A stretch of 61,681 nucleotides of DNA, counting the filler, from Choristocarpus tenellus KU-1152 (lineage: Eukaryota; Protista; Phaeophyceae): the NCBI GenBank assembly GCA_964200185.2. It is 10 parts of 10 records of this genome, joined end to end, with 100 filler letters (N's around TTAATTAATTAA, not from the genome) between each part and the next. Parts side by side here need not be neighbours in the genome. Positions count along the whole stretch, not along the records: positions 22,182 to 29,295 come from CAXNAD020006671.1; positions 29,396 to 36,006 come from CAXNAD020007755.1; positions 36,107 to 46,065 come from CAXNAD020003244.1; 7 more parts are not named here. One strand, 5' to 3'. The notes below the pieces were generated by a model. That model saw nothing but the letters and a program-made list of their open reading frames with translations. It was not told the origin of the DNA and ran no database searches. The translations under genes were made by a program, and so were the position numbers. Numbering within the stretch: position 1 is the stretch's first letter; each line of letters begins with the position of its first letter. This document shows, piece after piece, positions 26,001-38,736 of this stretch.

Positions 26001-27247
26001 TCCGATTTCCTTCATCGTTTGTAAGTTTCTGACCTATGTCCACGAAATTTCAAATTATAATACATGTACTAATACTAATGCTTGGGACAGACAGGATACA
26101 GAAGGCTAGAGTTTAGGGTTTGTGTGAAGTTCCTGTTGCACACTTCGTGAGGGTTGGCTAAGGGTCAAGGCCATATAAAAAACATACAAAAAGACACAGG
26201 GAGTTGAGATACCGAGGATGCAGTTAATGCAATGGATTGTTGAGGTTGAAGGTGTCCAGAGTGTGGCATTTCTAGCTCACAAGAAATATACGAGTGGACC
26301 CAAAGACCCAAAGATAAATCTTGATTGGACGTAATGCCTTAGGGCTAGGCTTCCTATATACTGATGAGGAAGGACATCTCGAGGAGGTTGAGGGTTGTTT
26401 TGGTGGAGTATTGGTTGCCTCGAGACGACACAATTGCCCGAAGATGAAGTGATACTAAAGCATTTCTTTTAGTGTTGCGGTTCTTAAAAAATTATGCAAA
26501 GGCTCACCGCATAATAGGAACCTTTTTGTAGTCCTCCGAGAAGGAAATCTCCTTCTTGGTGAGTGGGTTTACCTCAGTCACACTATACGGCACCCCCAGG
26601 AAGTCCATGACTGCCTTGAGTTTGTTGCAGAAAGGACAGATCTTGTATTGGTACAACATGATGTCGGCCGAGGAAAGATGTTGATCCTGCCCTTCCACTT
26701 CGCCTACTCTCGCTCCTCCTGACCCCCCCATCCCCGTCGTTCCTTCAGCCGCAGAGCACATGGCCCGCTTGCTAACAGAGGATAACTTGCCATGGACAGC
26801 GACAGCAGAAACGAACACTCCCGTACCTCCAACTGCTGTGACTGTTATGACGCGACTCGGGGGGGTCAGGTGGCAAAGATTAGTCGGCATCCACTACATG
26901 TCGGATCAAGTATCATAGTACCCCTCACCCACACACACACTGGCGACGACGACAAGCGGGCGCATGCAGAGTTAGCCATCGCACTCTAGTCATCCGAAAC
27001 CTAGGATACATTGGAGCGACTAACTAGCAAATTTGAGACTTCCTGCCAGGAGCAATGGTGTTGATCAGAAGCACGACGACAAGCTCGCCAAACATAAAAT
27101 ACAAAAATCAACCTTGTCAACGATTTGGTTGTGCTTGTGTATTGATCTACTCCATACCAATAGAACATACTCACCAGTTGCAATCAGTCCACTTGGACGT
27201 GTTAGTGTCCTTCGAGAGGCCAGAAGTACTCTGCGCAGTCCCTGCAT
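23067..27247 (-). CDS. PTGES2: Prostaglandin E synthase 2-like (glutaredoxin/GST fold); last exon missing
   Basis: Exons 27247-27175, ~26841-26508, 25273-25054, 24178-24041, 23182-23067. Motifs: LYQYKICPFCNKLKA..EVNPLTKKEI..YKKVPI, ESSDII, RWAEWADKKLAVLLFPNI, KIKKKYNIVDEREAL, PFVGGQSPNLGDLCVFG. The Arg-rich N-terminus resembles a mitochondrial presequence. Confidence 0.9.
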
Positions 27248-27447
27248 GGTGAGTCAAAGTAGTCTGGATGTGTGGTCTGCACTAGCAGAGTTAATGAACC
27301 TGCGAAGGCATTCTGGAACACACCACTTCCCAATTCACCCAGCATCTTCTACTACAATAACACATAGTTCCTCGTAGGTTGCAGTGGTGATGTTCACAGT
27401 AGACTGAGTGGGTTCGACTATCGCCGCTCCAAAGGATTGCAGTGGCC

Positions 27448-29155
27448 ATGGCAACCGATTTCGGCGAAGATGTAGGGGTTCTAGGCAAAGTCGGAGCTGT
27501 CCAAAGCAATGATTTCTCGGTTATTGGGATGAGGGTACAAGATGGCAACGGCTTCAGGGCCACGGTTCGATACTTCGGACCAGTGTGTACTGCAAAGGAC
27601 CCAGTGTCACCATGGATTGGTGAGATGTGAAGGGGCATGAAGCTATTAAAGAGAACTCTGAGCTGAAATAATCTTCATATCCTCCAGCATAATGAGGTGC
27701 ATCCTCTTTTGACCATATGGTTAGGTTGGATCCTCTGCCTTGCTCTCTGTAAGAATAGCTTGCAATTGTCCATGGGTACGGCATGTTCCTTCCTTGAAGT
27801 TGTATCCAAAGCGAGATGTGGTCATACCGTATCTCTCTAGTCCTTGACATCTTAACCTCTCATTATTCAGGCGTAGGGGGCAAGGTGGACCATATGCATC
27901 GGTTGCAATAGCCTCACCCATCACGTTCCCACGTAATGACAGTTGACCTCCACACACTTGCAGGTGTAGAGTTCGATGACCCCACAAGAGGAAAGCATGA
28001 CGGCGCTGTCACAAAGTCAGATGTAAGTTAAGCAGTTCAAGGTGGAGCCCACCACAACCCCCGTCTTACCGCCCCTTCAATCCACCCACTACCTACAATA
28101 TGAATGTCTCTATTCCTTTTTCTACCAACACACCGCTAGAATTTCCGAGGCTCTCATATTGCAAGGGTCGCTGCTGCCACTGCTTGGTAAGTAGTACTCA
28201 GGACCACGTGGCAGGTCAAGCGATAGCCTTAAGCGCAACTACCCATTTCCATTTTTTTTCGAGCGCAAGAGACTCACTGATGGTAAAATCTAATGCCACT
28301 GCTGCATCTTAGGGTAGCACTTTGTCTCTAAATCCATTGCTATAATATGTTATTGCTCATGACCGAAATTGCTTTGACTTGATGAATCTCCTTCGTCACG
28401 AGAGGGCCAACTTTGCACGTTTCGGAGAGGTCCGAGGTCTTGAATAAAGCTAAGAACCACCCTGACATCGACCTGATCCCAAAGAATTTTCTATGTTGTG
28501 TTTTACATCTGCAGGGACTGAAAATTACCTAGCAGTAGGCATAGGTACCTATTGGTATTAATATTATAGTAGTCATCCATTGTTGTGGAATTTTGTGTCA
28601 CTTTTTAGAGAGTCATGTAGGTTGGACATGCATGAGTACACCTTCCTACGTGACAATGTCATCATATCTCCACTGTTGCTTTCTTGTTGGGCATGATCTT
28701 TGGTGTATCTGTATGATCATCACATCAATAACAAGAACTACTTCGCCCAATCAGTAAGATACGTTCTTGTACTTCAACATGTACAGCAAGATATAGGTAC
28801 ATACATTGTACACATCGAAACTACATCAAAACCGAATTGGCAGGATTACTGCTTCTTTTTTTATGATGACTACTGTGACCAACTTTGTACTACGTTCAGT
28901 ATGTACAGTTCATTCCACATAGTATTCTTTGAAACAGGGTCTTGGTAATATTTCTTGCTCCAGGGAACTGTCCACAGATACTTCTCCTGCACAGCAGGCG
29001 GCAGTGGCTCCTTCCTCAAGGCGGACAAGCTCAATGCTGGATGTACCATGGTGGACGCCCTACTACAGCAATACGTGGCCATGGACGCTCCCCTTGTGGC
29101 GCCGGAGAATGTAATGCCTGATGCCTATGCTGCAACAGCGAAGGGACACAAGAAG
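27448..29155 (+). CDS. TBCE: Tubulin-folding cofactor E, N-terminal CAP-Gly region (3' truncated)
   Basis: Exons 27448-27619, 27964-28022, 28964-29155; the next acceptor (ttgcag|g) is at the contig end, 29295. Spliced: RATVRYFGPV..WIG|VEFDDPTRGKHDGAV..|GTVHRYFSC..GSFLK. RGKHDG is the TBCE-type variant of the CAP-Gly GKNDG motif. Confidence 0.85.
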
Positions 29156-29295
29156 GTCAGAGTGAAGCAGTAGGAGAGGGGTGTCGATTTTGACTCTCTT
29201 TTTTTTTCGGTTCAATTTTTTTTTAATCTTGTGTAGCACACACCATGCCCAAGCCTGAAACAAAGTTAACCCCCCCCCCCCCCTCCCCTTGCAGG

Positions 29296-29395
29296 NNNNN
29301 NNNNNNNNNNNNNNNNNNNNNNNNNNNNNNNNNNNNNNNTTAATTAATTAANNNNNNNNNNNNNNNNNNNNNNNNNNNNNNNNNNNNNNNNNNNN
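29296..29395. other. Artificial contig spacer
   Basis: 44 N + TTAATTAATTAA + 44 N. Confidence 0.97.
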
Positions 29396-30472
29396 CTTTG
29401 TCACATGTGTCTCCCAACACATACCCAAAGGATACCACATCTGGGATTATGAGAAGGGGGGTGGGAGGGAGGGAGCAACAGGGGGGTGGCAAAATGTGTC
29501 CATAGAGTGTCCTGTTTAGAATCAAATATTCAGCCCGACATGAAACACTGCTCATGCCAAAAGTCTCAACACAGTTGGCACTGATCTCCAACCTGCTGCA
29601 CACCAATCAGCTTTCAAAATAGGGTTTCAGTTTAGTCAAAAACTCAAATACCACATACAAGTTTCACCCATTACTAATTATAAATTATGTGCAGTTACTT
29701 GTACCATCTTGTAGGTCCAAAAATGTTTTTTGATCGCTTGACATGGAAAGATTTAACAGTACGTCAAACATTTATTGCCCGTGTTAAACCAAACATCTCT
29801 TACAATCAGAGACAGAGTGCACACCCTCTTGCCCATGTTCAGATCACCTAGAGCTACCATTCGACTTTTTACATGGTCCCGAGAAGGTGAACCAAAGACT
29901 GAACCAAACATTATCTCCTCTGGTGGAACCCCTTCCTTGACTCCAAAGATTGAGCTGTGTTATGCCTCACAATGAAGCACTTGAAACAAGTGTCCATCCT
30001 CGCAGAACCTAAAACCGTTCAGATACTCCAACAATAAGTCAATCGCTGTCCTACAATAGACATTCTTGGGATGTGTGCAGTGGTTCCTGACATTCAGTAC
30101 CAACATTCAGTACTAACACTCAGTACCGACATTTGGTACCAACAATCAGTACTAACATTCAGTACCAACATTCCATACCAACATTCCGTACCAACAATCA
30201 GTACCAACATTCAGTACCAACAATCGTACCAACACTCAGTACCAACATTCAGTACCAACAATCAGTACCAACACTCAGTACCAACATTCAGTACCAACAT
30301 TCAATACTTCCACAGTAAGGGGAAGATGGGCCTGCCTCTCACTTTGCCTGCTTCAAGACCGAAAAGCACTTCAACAGCATACGTTAGAGATTATATAAAA
30401 GATTATCCTGATCAAAAGAATACAAAATACTTGCTTGAGGCTATGCAATATCACTAGAGCCCTAGAACTCCG

Positions 30473-30547
<75 letters not shown>

Positions 30548-30799
30548 GTAAAAAGGTACTACATGGAAGTGATCTACAGCGAGCACCATCTTTGTCCATC
30601 AGACAACACAACCTTTTCTGCACCTTGTAGAAAGCCATTCAGTCATTTGGTTCAACAAAATCAAATACCTGCATGACAACGCTCTTGGCAACTCACATGA
30701 TGGTCCTACCACACGCGGGGCAATGAATCGGAAGCTCTCCCCCACCTCGTTAGCATAACCCAGATACCGGAGCAAAGAGTCACGCCAAATATCTGTCCC
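29396..30799 (-). CDS. MTFP1: Mitochondrial fission process protein 1 (MTP18 family), partial
   Basis: Exons 30799-30697 and 29440-29396 splice in phase 1 to GTDIWRDSLLRYLGYANEVGESFRFIAPRVVGPSY-VVSFGYVLGDTCDK. RYLGYANEVGE.FR is the MTP18 signature. Possible upstream exons at 31659-31618 and ending at 32387. Confidence 0.88.
30091..30307 (+). repeat. 13-bp minisatellite, ~16-17 units (intronic)
   Basis: Consensus CATTCAGTACCAA with CACTC and CAATC variants, head-to-tail with no spacers. Confidence 0.95.
30473..30544 (+). repeat. 72-nt poly(A) run (intronic)
   Basis: Uninterrupted A run. Confidence 0.95.
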
Positions 30800-33123
30800 C
30801 TTGAAGTCAATGAATGGTAAAGCACAACAAAACCCGTAAGGAATATGAAGCACGCATACTTCAACAGTTCAGCATTTCAATATTGTAGCACTACCAGGGC
30901 CTTGAACCAGATCAGGAAGTTGACCGGGCTGATGACTGCACCATGCCCATGGACCTGCCCCTGCCCCTGCCTGCCGATCGCCCCCTGTAAAAATTTCTCA
31001 TTTTTTTCTGACGGTCATTTTTTTCTTTTCTTTTTTTTCCTGTGAGAAACACTTAAAAAAACACAGGGCTGGACACCCCTCCCCATCAATTCAATAAATA
31101 ATATGATGATCAATTCAATAAATAATTGCTTAGTTTGTAGGGTATCGAATCTGCTGTTCAACTACTGAGATAATTCAATAGAGATCTGATGTGCTCGTGT
31201 ACCACTTCAAGGCATAAGGTTGCAATATCGCAGCTCCAGAAACCCGTATTGCCTGCATCTACTTTCTGAAACAATACGTACAAAGAATCCATCCAGCTTC
31301 GCATTACAAGTATCACATTCCGAATCGTACATGAATACAAGAAAATATCGTACATGAATACAAGAAAACATCGTACATGATCGAGGTTACCCTCCAATGC
31401 ATTGAGGTTACCCTCCAATGCATACATTAATGTAGGTCAAGTCGGGTTGTCTTCCCACCTAAACACAAGTATGTGGATGAGTCAGGCAGTAACCATGACT
31501 ACATCAGCACAAGGTCAATAATAACGCACACACTCTACTGCACACACTCTAACCCTAACCCTAACACACACAACCCGTGCTTAAGAAAACTAACAAAAAC
31601 AAATAGGAGTCTTTTACCCTTTGACAGGGATTTTTACGCATTCTCTTGAGAGGTCCATCCTACACTACACAGACCTTCATACATCCTACATCATGTAGAC
31701 CTTATTTAACATCTACGTCAGATTTTGAACACACTGAACAATACACATTTTATCCATGGATCTGTTCAAACAAGGGTAGACGCAGACCAGGCATATTAGA
31801 GTTTTGCAAGTTCCTGGACCAACCCTGTCAGAATTGCGCGGTCTGGTGGTAAGTCCTGAGTAACATGATCAGGGAATAAATATGCATGGTTGAGGGGGAA
31901 GTATCATTAAAAACGTTCCTGTACAATTTCGCATCACTTGTAGCGCATGCTCTTCTGTGAAGTAGCAATCACAACTTGAAGAAGCACATGGAAGTGAATA
32001 TTCGATAGGTCCAAGAGGAGAAGTTTAGAGGCATTTCATGCTTCAATACGCTTACGACAAGAGGCGTATCGACTGCACAACACAGCATCTCCAATGTTGA
32101 CAGAGTATTCCCGGTGTTTGTTCATATAGTGATGCGCACCGAAAGAACAACATGTCATAGGTAATGGAAGTTTGCCTCGGCAACTACATTACAGGTTAGT
32201 AGAAGTATTTGCCATAGACCCGACACGAGGCTTCAACAATATTTTCACAAGATAAACGGAGAGTCCAAGTCACCCTTGAGCCGCCCGATTGAGGTATGTA
32301 TCCAACACTCTCCAAGGAATGGCCCATCTGCAAGCTCGCTACCAAGCTACATTGAGGTCAAGCCCACGATCAGTCTTGCTGCTCACCTTTGAAACGTCTG
32401 TTGCAGACGTGGCAATCACTTTCCTTTCCTCTACTAACCTTCCACGGAATAGAAAACAACCAGGCCAAAAGCATCCTGGCATGGCTGATGTTCTATTTCC
32501 ACCCCCCAGCATCAAATGGTCCGTTCCCGACCTGATGTCTCCACCAACTCCATATGGGACTATGTTCCTGGCAGGGGAGAAAACTGGAGAGTATCCCCCC
32601 CATTTCCTACCAACACACACCCGAGACAAGACTGATATCTTCGAGTGGTCCAGGTACCCGATAGAAACACGATTTCTTCCTGAGGAAGGAATACTGGTTG
32701 AGGAGCGAGATGTTCTTGGTAAATCTTGAGAAGACTGGGTGTAGTAAGCATAAAGACCAAAATATCGGGTCGACAGGTCTAACATTTTATCATCACCCAA
32801 CGCTCGCCAATAGAGATCGCACTTCACCTTACTGAGGGAAGAGGGGATATATGTATATATATATGTGCATGCAAAACGAGGTTGCACGTGCTTACCTTGC
32901 ATGCACTTTGTCCATCTTCATTCCTCACCTTCAGAATTTTCAACATGTATCACTTACACTACTTTTTCTCTTCCTTATGAAGGTACTCTGTCTGGTGATG
33001 TCTCGTGGTGCCCTGTAGCGTTGGTTTGGTCAGGTTCAATCATTATGAGTTTCGGGGAACTGATTCCATGAGAGGGGCAGGAGGTTCTCGAGGAACAAGA
33101 CCTTTATAGGAGAAATAGAAAAG

Positions 33124-35502
33124 ATGGAAGATGTTGCATCCATGACGGATGTGGCAGATCCCTTAGATGTTTATATGGGCTCACTCGATACAGATATACT
33201 TGACATGGCACAGCAGGGGATATCATCATCTACTCAAATGGTGAACCCCCTCCCTTTCACCAATAGGGACCGCGATGAAAGCGGTGATGTGGAAATGCTG
33301 TCAAGTGGTGCTGCTGTTATGATCGCCAACAAGGTCGCCGCCAGCCCCTTCTGTGACGTGATGAGGGATCTGGCGGGAGACGGCAGTTGGCGAGGGTGTC
33401 AGCGTGCCGCTGCCTGTGCTAAGGCTGGAGCACCCTCAATGGAACGAGACAACACAGAGGTGGAGAAAGCTTGCCTACGGCTGCTGTCGACTGATCCGGC
33501 ATCGTTCCTGAGGTTGTTTTTTCTTAATGCGGCTGCTTGAGCTGTACGTGCTTGCTAGCGAAATGTGTGATCATGGATTGACGCCTGGGAAGAAGGAACC
33601 TTGCTGTCACCCCAACATCGACTCAAGAGTACTGTACTGATGTGCTGTTGCTTTGGCCAACCGTAGACCTCGTGCATTTAGTGATATGCTTACCCTTCTA
33701 TTATCTTTCGTTGAAACAATGACCTAGTCGAATACATCGTATTCATAGAGTGGAAACTTGAAGGTATCTCACCAAACGTGGTTTAAGAGCTGAACCAGCT
33801 ACATTTTCACGAAATTGTTGAGGTTTACTCCCTGAACAATATCCCCGAAATTCTTTAGCTAGTTGATGGAATAGCTGCATCTCCTGCATCAACATGACGT
33901 TTTTGCTGTCCCTAGATTTTAGCAATATGTCACTTTCTCACATTGCACATCAAGGCAACCCCAGATTTAACATACACCCAGTGTCGCGCCAGGTATAAGA
34001 TACTTTTTTTTAATCATCCCTTTTTATTGTTTTTCTCATTACCCTACCCTACGCTCTCCTCTGTTGCTCTCACACCCTGCACAGGAGATTTGGTCACATA
34101 CTGAACCCAGCAGACCTAAACGTCTTCCCAACTTCCTCCGCCCCAAATGTAGACATCCACCTGCAACGGCTTAAGGCCCTCATGCACAGGCAAAGTGCAC
34201 ATCGAACTCAGGGATGTTCCGATGTGGGCCATGTACTGGAGAATGAAGATCCTCGTGTGATCCACACATCACAGCGATCAGGGTCTGTTCTGGGAGACAA
34301 TAGCAAGCTGGGAATGAAAGCTGGGTTGGTGAGTTGCCCAGCTGTGGGTTCGCAAGCACGGAACAGGAGATATCGCCGACTGCAGCAGCTTGTGGAGGCG
34401 GGGGAGTGGGGGAGTGATGCAGCGATGCGTGATAGGGACCCATTGCTGTGGTACGATCTTGTGGGGAGGCACAATGGAGAAAGGAAACCAGTGCCTGGTG
34501 CTCAAAGTGAAGACTTCACGGTGGGTTTAGATTATAGGGTTGGGTTGTGCTGATCTAGAGGACACTGCTATGGCAGGAGCTCTTTTTCGGGTGTGTTTGT
34601 TGAGTTTTGTACAAGTGCACACAAACCTCGCCATGATTCAGGAACAGAATGAATGCGTATAGGTGTACTCAATCACTGTTTTATCTAGTCAAGTCCATCG
34701 TCCTCTGATATGCTCATGTCCTGTAACCCTAGAAATGCTGCTGTGATAACAATAGGTTCCTGGAAATGGAGGCAATGCAACCGTGGAAAGCTATCTTATT
34801 GAGAGCTTAGGCTTTCTGTCCTCAACCTCTTCAGGAGGAAAAGGAAAAGAGAATGGAAAGGATAACGTTGATAGGCCTGCGGGAAAACAAGGACTGGTTG
34901 GTGCAGCCTTCCTGTCAGCCTTTGGGGCTTGTTCAGGTGGCGGGGATGAAAGGGTAGAGGAGATACAGTCAACCATGGATATTGATGTGGATGTGACTGA
35001 AAATGATCCCACAAATGCCTTCAAGGTACAGGGTGGTCTACCCAATGGTATAGAACAGATATACACCTCTGGTCCAACCCAAGCACATGGTGTGGTTGAT
35101 AGGAATGATCATGATAGCAGTGACTCAGATGACGTTGATACAGCAGCTGTGACAGAGGCTATGGCAGGATGGGAGCTTGAGAATAGAAGGGTCCACTGGC
35201 AGGAAGAAGGTCCATTGAGATCATTAGGGAAAAGGGAAAGTCAACCTCAGAGCATGACAGGCAATGGGGGTGTAGGGGTGTCAGTGGACATGATAGCAGT
35301 GCCTTCTGCAGCTGGGGGTGATAACTCACAGCAGAAGCATCAACAAGAAAGGACAGAGGTGGAATTGTGCAGAGAGGGGAGGGAGGAAGTAGCCAGGGTA
35401 ATGGCAGAGCGGTTCTTGAGTGGTGCAGAGGCTGGAGTGGATTACACAGCTGTGGATGGTGATGAAAGATTGGATGATCTGGAACAACTGTCGAGGGATC
35501 AG
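33124..35502 (+). CDS. CCDC97: CCDC97-like (DUF2052) protein; last exon missing
   Basis: Exons 33124-33512, 34085-34520, 34756-35502. Motifs: DPASFLR|RFGHIL, RNRRYRRLQQL..GEWGSDAAMRDRDPLLWYDLVG, MAERFLSGAEAGVDYTAVDGDERLDDLEQLSRDQ. Confidence 0.82.
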
Positions 35503-36006
35503 GTTGGTGCCTTGTGATTGATACTTGAAAGCATTAGTTTAGCGTGTATTCTTCAGGGCTAGGGCTAGGGTTCACGCCAAGGTTTGAGTTTGAGTTTGTA
35601 TTGAATTCATCTAAGGTACTTTTTTCTTAGATGCATGCAATATTCCCATCAAACAATGCCTTGGTTATCAATTCATTACCTCATGGTGTTAATGTCTTGC
35701 TGGAGGTGTTCACACTACTCTTTTGGTGGTATTGCTGCCACCCTGGGACTCTGATGCACCCAGTTGTGGGATTTATTTGAGGCATGATACAAGTCCTTTC
35801 TTACTTGTGCGTAAATGTGGGTTGCCATCCATCGCCTTCCATCAAATCAACAACTCCTACAATATTGGTGCTGTTTGTGTATGTGTAGGAGAAACTCTAT
35901 CGCAACCCCCCCCTCTCCCTCGAGAATGAAAGGTTAAAATATTTTCAGGTGTTAAAGAAACTGGTGTTCCCAAGACTTGTGTGTGTAAATAACTCGATTA
36001 TTTCCT

Positions 36007-36106
36007 NNNNNNNNNNNNNNNNNNNNNNNNNNNNNNNNNNNNNNNNNNNNTTAATTAATTAANNNNNNNNNNNNNNNNNNNNNNNNNNNNNNNNNNNNNN
36101 NNNNNN
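36007..36106. other. Artificial contig spacer
   Basis: 44 N + TTAATTAATTAA + 44 N. Confidence 0.97.
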
Positions 36107-36208
36107 TATGGGGGGAAACACGGGGGGGGGGGGAGAAGCGGGGGGGGGGGGGGGCGGGGGGAGAGGGGGGGGGAGGACTCTGCTGGACAATAACAAGAGA
36201 CGCTCCAC

Positions 36209-37799
36209 CTGGATGCTCGCTGATGTGTCGAATTCAGAGGTGTCTAACCCAAGCTCCCCCAGATGAGCTATTGCAGCAAGCTTGGCTTCTGCCGATGGGA
36301 AGGTCAGCAAGAGCAAAAACTCTACACCACAGAAATAATGTGGGCGATCATGGTGCAAGGACCAGAGTCGGAAGGCAACAAGATTGCAGGTGTGTGGTTA
36401 GGTGAGAATAGTTGAGTAACAAAAACATTAGGCCAGTGCAGGAGGAAAAACACAGAAAGTTGATAACCTCTCATGCTGAGATAGATGAAAGAAGATATGT
36501 TCAAGTAGATATGCTGTGTGCCAGTTGACACACTGCATGTATGCCTATAAAAAAAATTATACCAAGATTCTCAACACCCAATTAGCAGTATAAATCTTCC
36601 ATGAACTGATTGTGAGTAGATAATTCCAGTTCATTTTCAGAGAGAAAAAAAAAGGTTCAAGAGTATGTGACGGGGTGATTTCTCCATGCCACCACTAATG
36701 CGAGCAGGCAAATTCAAATACAATAAAAGGATGACACCACTTCCCACAAATCCTGGTCTCTCCCCCTTCAAACACACAAATAACATTTACCGTCATCTAA
36801 GCACTGCAAAATATTTATCCTCCCTTTCTCCTTACCATGTCCTGATTCAATGTCCTCCACTGTCGTACAGCACGGCAATCGTTCGACTAACAGCTTAGCC
36901 AGCTCTGGCCTCACCTCCAGTGGCAAACTGGATGGTTCACTGAGCTCATATCGAGACACCCATCTCGCCCCTTCCATCCCCACAATCTTGGCGAGCTTTT
37001 TTGGCTCCAGGTTAGCCACCGCCGCCCCAACCAGCACCAAGACAAAGTCATGTTGTATGGACTTCGTTGCCCTCAGTGCCCTCTGCCTCTCGGCGTCCTC
37101 TTCCATCGCCACCTCTGGAAACTCCGCTGACATTAGGTTAGGTGGCATCCAGTCCCCTCCTTGAGCATGAGAACCAGATGCTGCTGCGTTCAAAGCTATC
37201 TCCCTACGTGTTGATGCGGGCCATCGCTGCTTTCCTTTTCTTCGATTTTCTCCAGTCCGAAGCCGAACACCACCATTACTGCGGTCCACGAAAGGCAAGT
37301 TGACGACTGTCGGCGTCATATCCAATATTTCCTCGCCAGGCAAACGACCAATATTTCTCTCGACTGATCCACGAGGATCATATCCTACCTCTAAACCTTC
37401 ACCAGAAGACCAGCGAGGAAAGGGAAGCTGGGTGGCGAACGTGCCGGTAGCAAGACTCATATTCCCGTCAAATCTCGGAGGGATTGGGGCAAAACCAGGT
37501 GGAGAGGGAAAATGATGCCGAAAACCCTGGGATGGAAGGTGGTCCGCATTCCCATATTCTTCCAGAAAATTTCCCTCGTTTCGAAGGTTACTGTTGGGTC
37601 CTACAAATCCGTACATATCAGAGACGTGGCCGTCTCTCTGATGATGGACATAGTCGCGGTCTTGTGGTTCCAAGTTCCTCGAATGTGACCTCGGTGGGAA
37701 TGAACCCAAGTGCAGGGTGCCCAAACTTGTTCCATTATTAGGGGTAGCAAGTGAATTCATATTTTTTCTCCGTGCAGACTTGCGTCTCGTGTTTGGCAT
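36209..37799 (-). CDS. Hypothetical protein, 5' part (3' truncated)
   Basis: A ~1-kb open exon from ATG 37799 to the donor g|gtaaat at 36791 joins in phase 1 to exon 36288-36209 (..QCLDD-E-AKLAAIAHLGELGLD..SIQ|gt). The N-terminus looks disordered and is followed by a helical-looking segment. No family recognised. Confidence 0.65.
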
Positions 37800-38736
37800 T
37801 GGTGCCCACCCACTAAAGGTGCGAAGAACTCCCTCTGAATCTCTTCTCAAATCGCCATGGGGCACATAGGATAAGGTAAAAACACTGTTACCTGAATACA
37901 AATTCAATAACCGAGCCAAGACTCGAGACGACACTCACAAATAATACCACTTCACTCCGTCGTCCTTTACACACCGAAGGGTGAACTAACACAGACGGGA
38001 CACAAGCTAAAAGGAAAGTCCAATGGACAACGGACTCCTACTACGTACACACCATTCTTCACGTATGTCGCTTTATATAGTAAACACACGATATTTGATC
38101 ATATATCGTATCTAAATTGATCGTCTTTCCCACATGCGTATGATAGATTAACGATACGACGTGAAACGGATTTGTTTTGATATTGGGGATTCTGCTTGTA
38201 CAAAGAAAGGCAATCACTACTTGACATCTGGCACTGAAAGGGGCAGAAGAGATTTAAGTGCACAAAGATATACCAACCTGTTGCTTCTCGTGGAAGGAGA
38301 CTGTCTGGACAGCAGAAGGTGGGCAGTTCCCAATTCTCTGTCTTGGAACGATGACGCTTTAAACAAAGAGAACGAAAGGTCGGATATGAGAGAGGTGGCG
38401 GGCTTTGAGGATTGTTGGGCGTAACCTTTTTTACTGCCAATGCGGTGTATGACCTACAAAGAGGGCATGGGCAGATCTTGTTTCCAAATATTACAAGTTT
38501 TCATGTTGTGCTCGTGGTTGCAGGTACCTTCCACCTGCCATATCGCTACAAAGCTTTGCCTCGAACAAAAACTAATGTAGTGTATTCACGACACTTTCTG
38601 GTTATTGCTGTCACCTCTGCTTCAGGATTTATTCTGTTCGTGACATATCCTGCTTATACATCAACATATTTGACAGTAGTGAGTAAGTGCAGATTTTTCG
38701 TGGCAGAGATCTGCTACTTCTGTGTCTGCTGAAGAA

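Noticed and set aside
30091-30307. CRISPR-like array, or the repetitive ORFs 30071-30457 and 30133-30318
   Set aside because: There are no unique spacers and no cas genes. It is an intronic minisatellite in a eukaryote.
31549-31566. Telomere (CCCTAA/TTAGGG) repeats; also near 530 and 35555
   Set aside because: Only 2-3 units at internal positions; not a chromosome end.
32289-32729. 146-aa plus-strand ORF as a separate gene
   Set aside because: No recognisable motif. The opposite strand has a longer open frame with a good donor that fits MTFP1.
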